The notes below the pieces were generated by a model. The model saw nothing but the letters and a program-made list of their open reading frames with translations, searched no databases and was not told where the DNA came from. From Callorhinchus milii (taxonomy: Eukaryota): a stretch of 64,000 nucleotides of DNA. Positions 63,939 through 64,000 of this stretch are shown here, one piece after another; position 1 is the first letter of the stretch; every line of letters begins with the position of its first letter. The position numbers and the translations under genes were made by a program. The DNA lies in NCBI RefSeq assembly GCF_018977255.1, contig NW_024704745.1, positions 21,638,001 through 21,702,000 on the forward strand, given 5' to 3'.

Positions 63939-64000
63939 GTCTGACAACATGCTGAAGGAACATCCAACAGGCCTGGATTCACAGCTGGAGAAGTAGATTG

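Noticed and set aside
8200-64000. Long-isoform exon 1 or a nested host gene
   Set aside because: No long S/Q/P-rich ORF or recognisable non-repeat protein; the short ORFs are AT-rich noise or recurring SINE/L2 translations.

Overview
Vertebrate genomic DNA, most likely from a cartilaginous fish. That assignment is inferred from SacSINE1-like Deu-SINEs, shark-type CR1 3' ends and shark-type Penelope inverted repeats. The only host protein-coding gene I can support is TSC22D1 (TSC-22) on the minus strand. Its short isoform is complete: three coding exons (7812-7688, 7043-6992, 3975-3727) give 141 aa with canonical GT-AG junctions and consistent phases, plus a CCAAT/GC-box promoter at ~8.05 kb and a poly(A) signal at ~2.97 kb. 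Everything from ~8.2 kb to 64 kb is probably the large first intron of the long isoform, whose exon 1 is not in the window. That region is dense in decayed retroposons: a young tRNA-Ala-headed Deu/L2-tailed SINE in long and short subfamilies, older SacSINE1-like copies, many L2 fragments (one with a recognisable RT domain at 61.9-63.9 kb), CR1 relics, Penelope-type inverted repeats, and an unclassified poly(A)-tailed repeat. Nearly all listed ORFs are spurious or repeat-derived. I did not find a clearly new multi-gene system. The best leads are a promoter-like CpG island with a 23-bp VNTR inside the last TSC22D1 intron, the unclassified retroposon, a SINE-L2 chimera with evidence of tail swapping, a hammerhead-ribozyme relic, a CR1 fold-back with an internal micro-inversion, and several local templated duplications. 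Repeat boundaries are by eye (roughly +/-10-30 bp), and family names come from recalled consensus sequences, not database searches.
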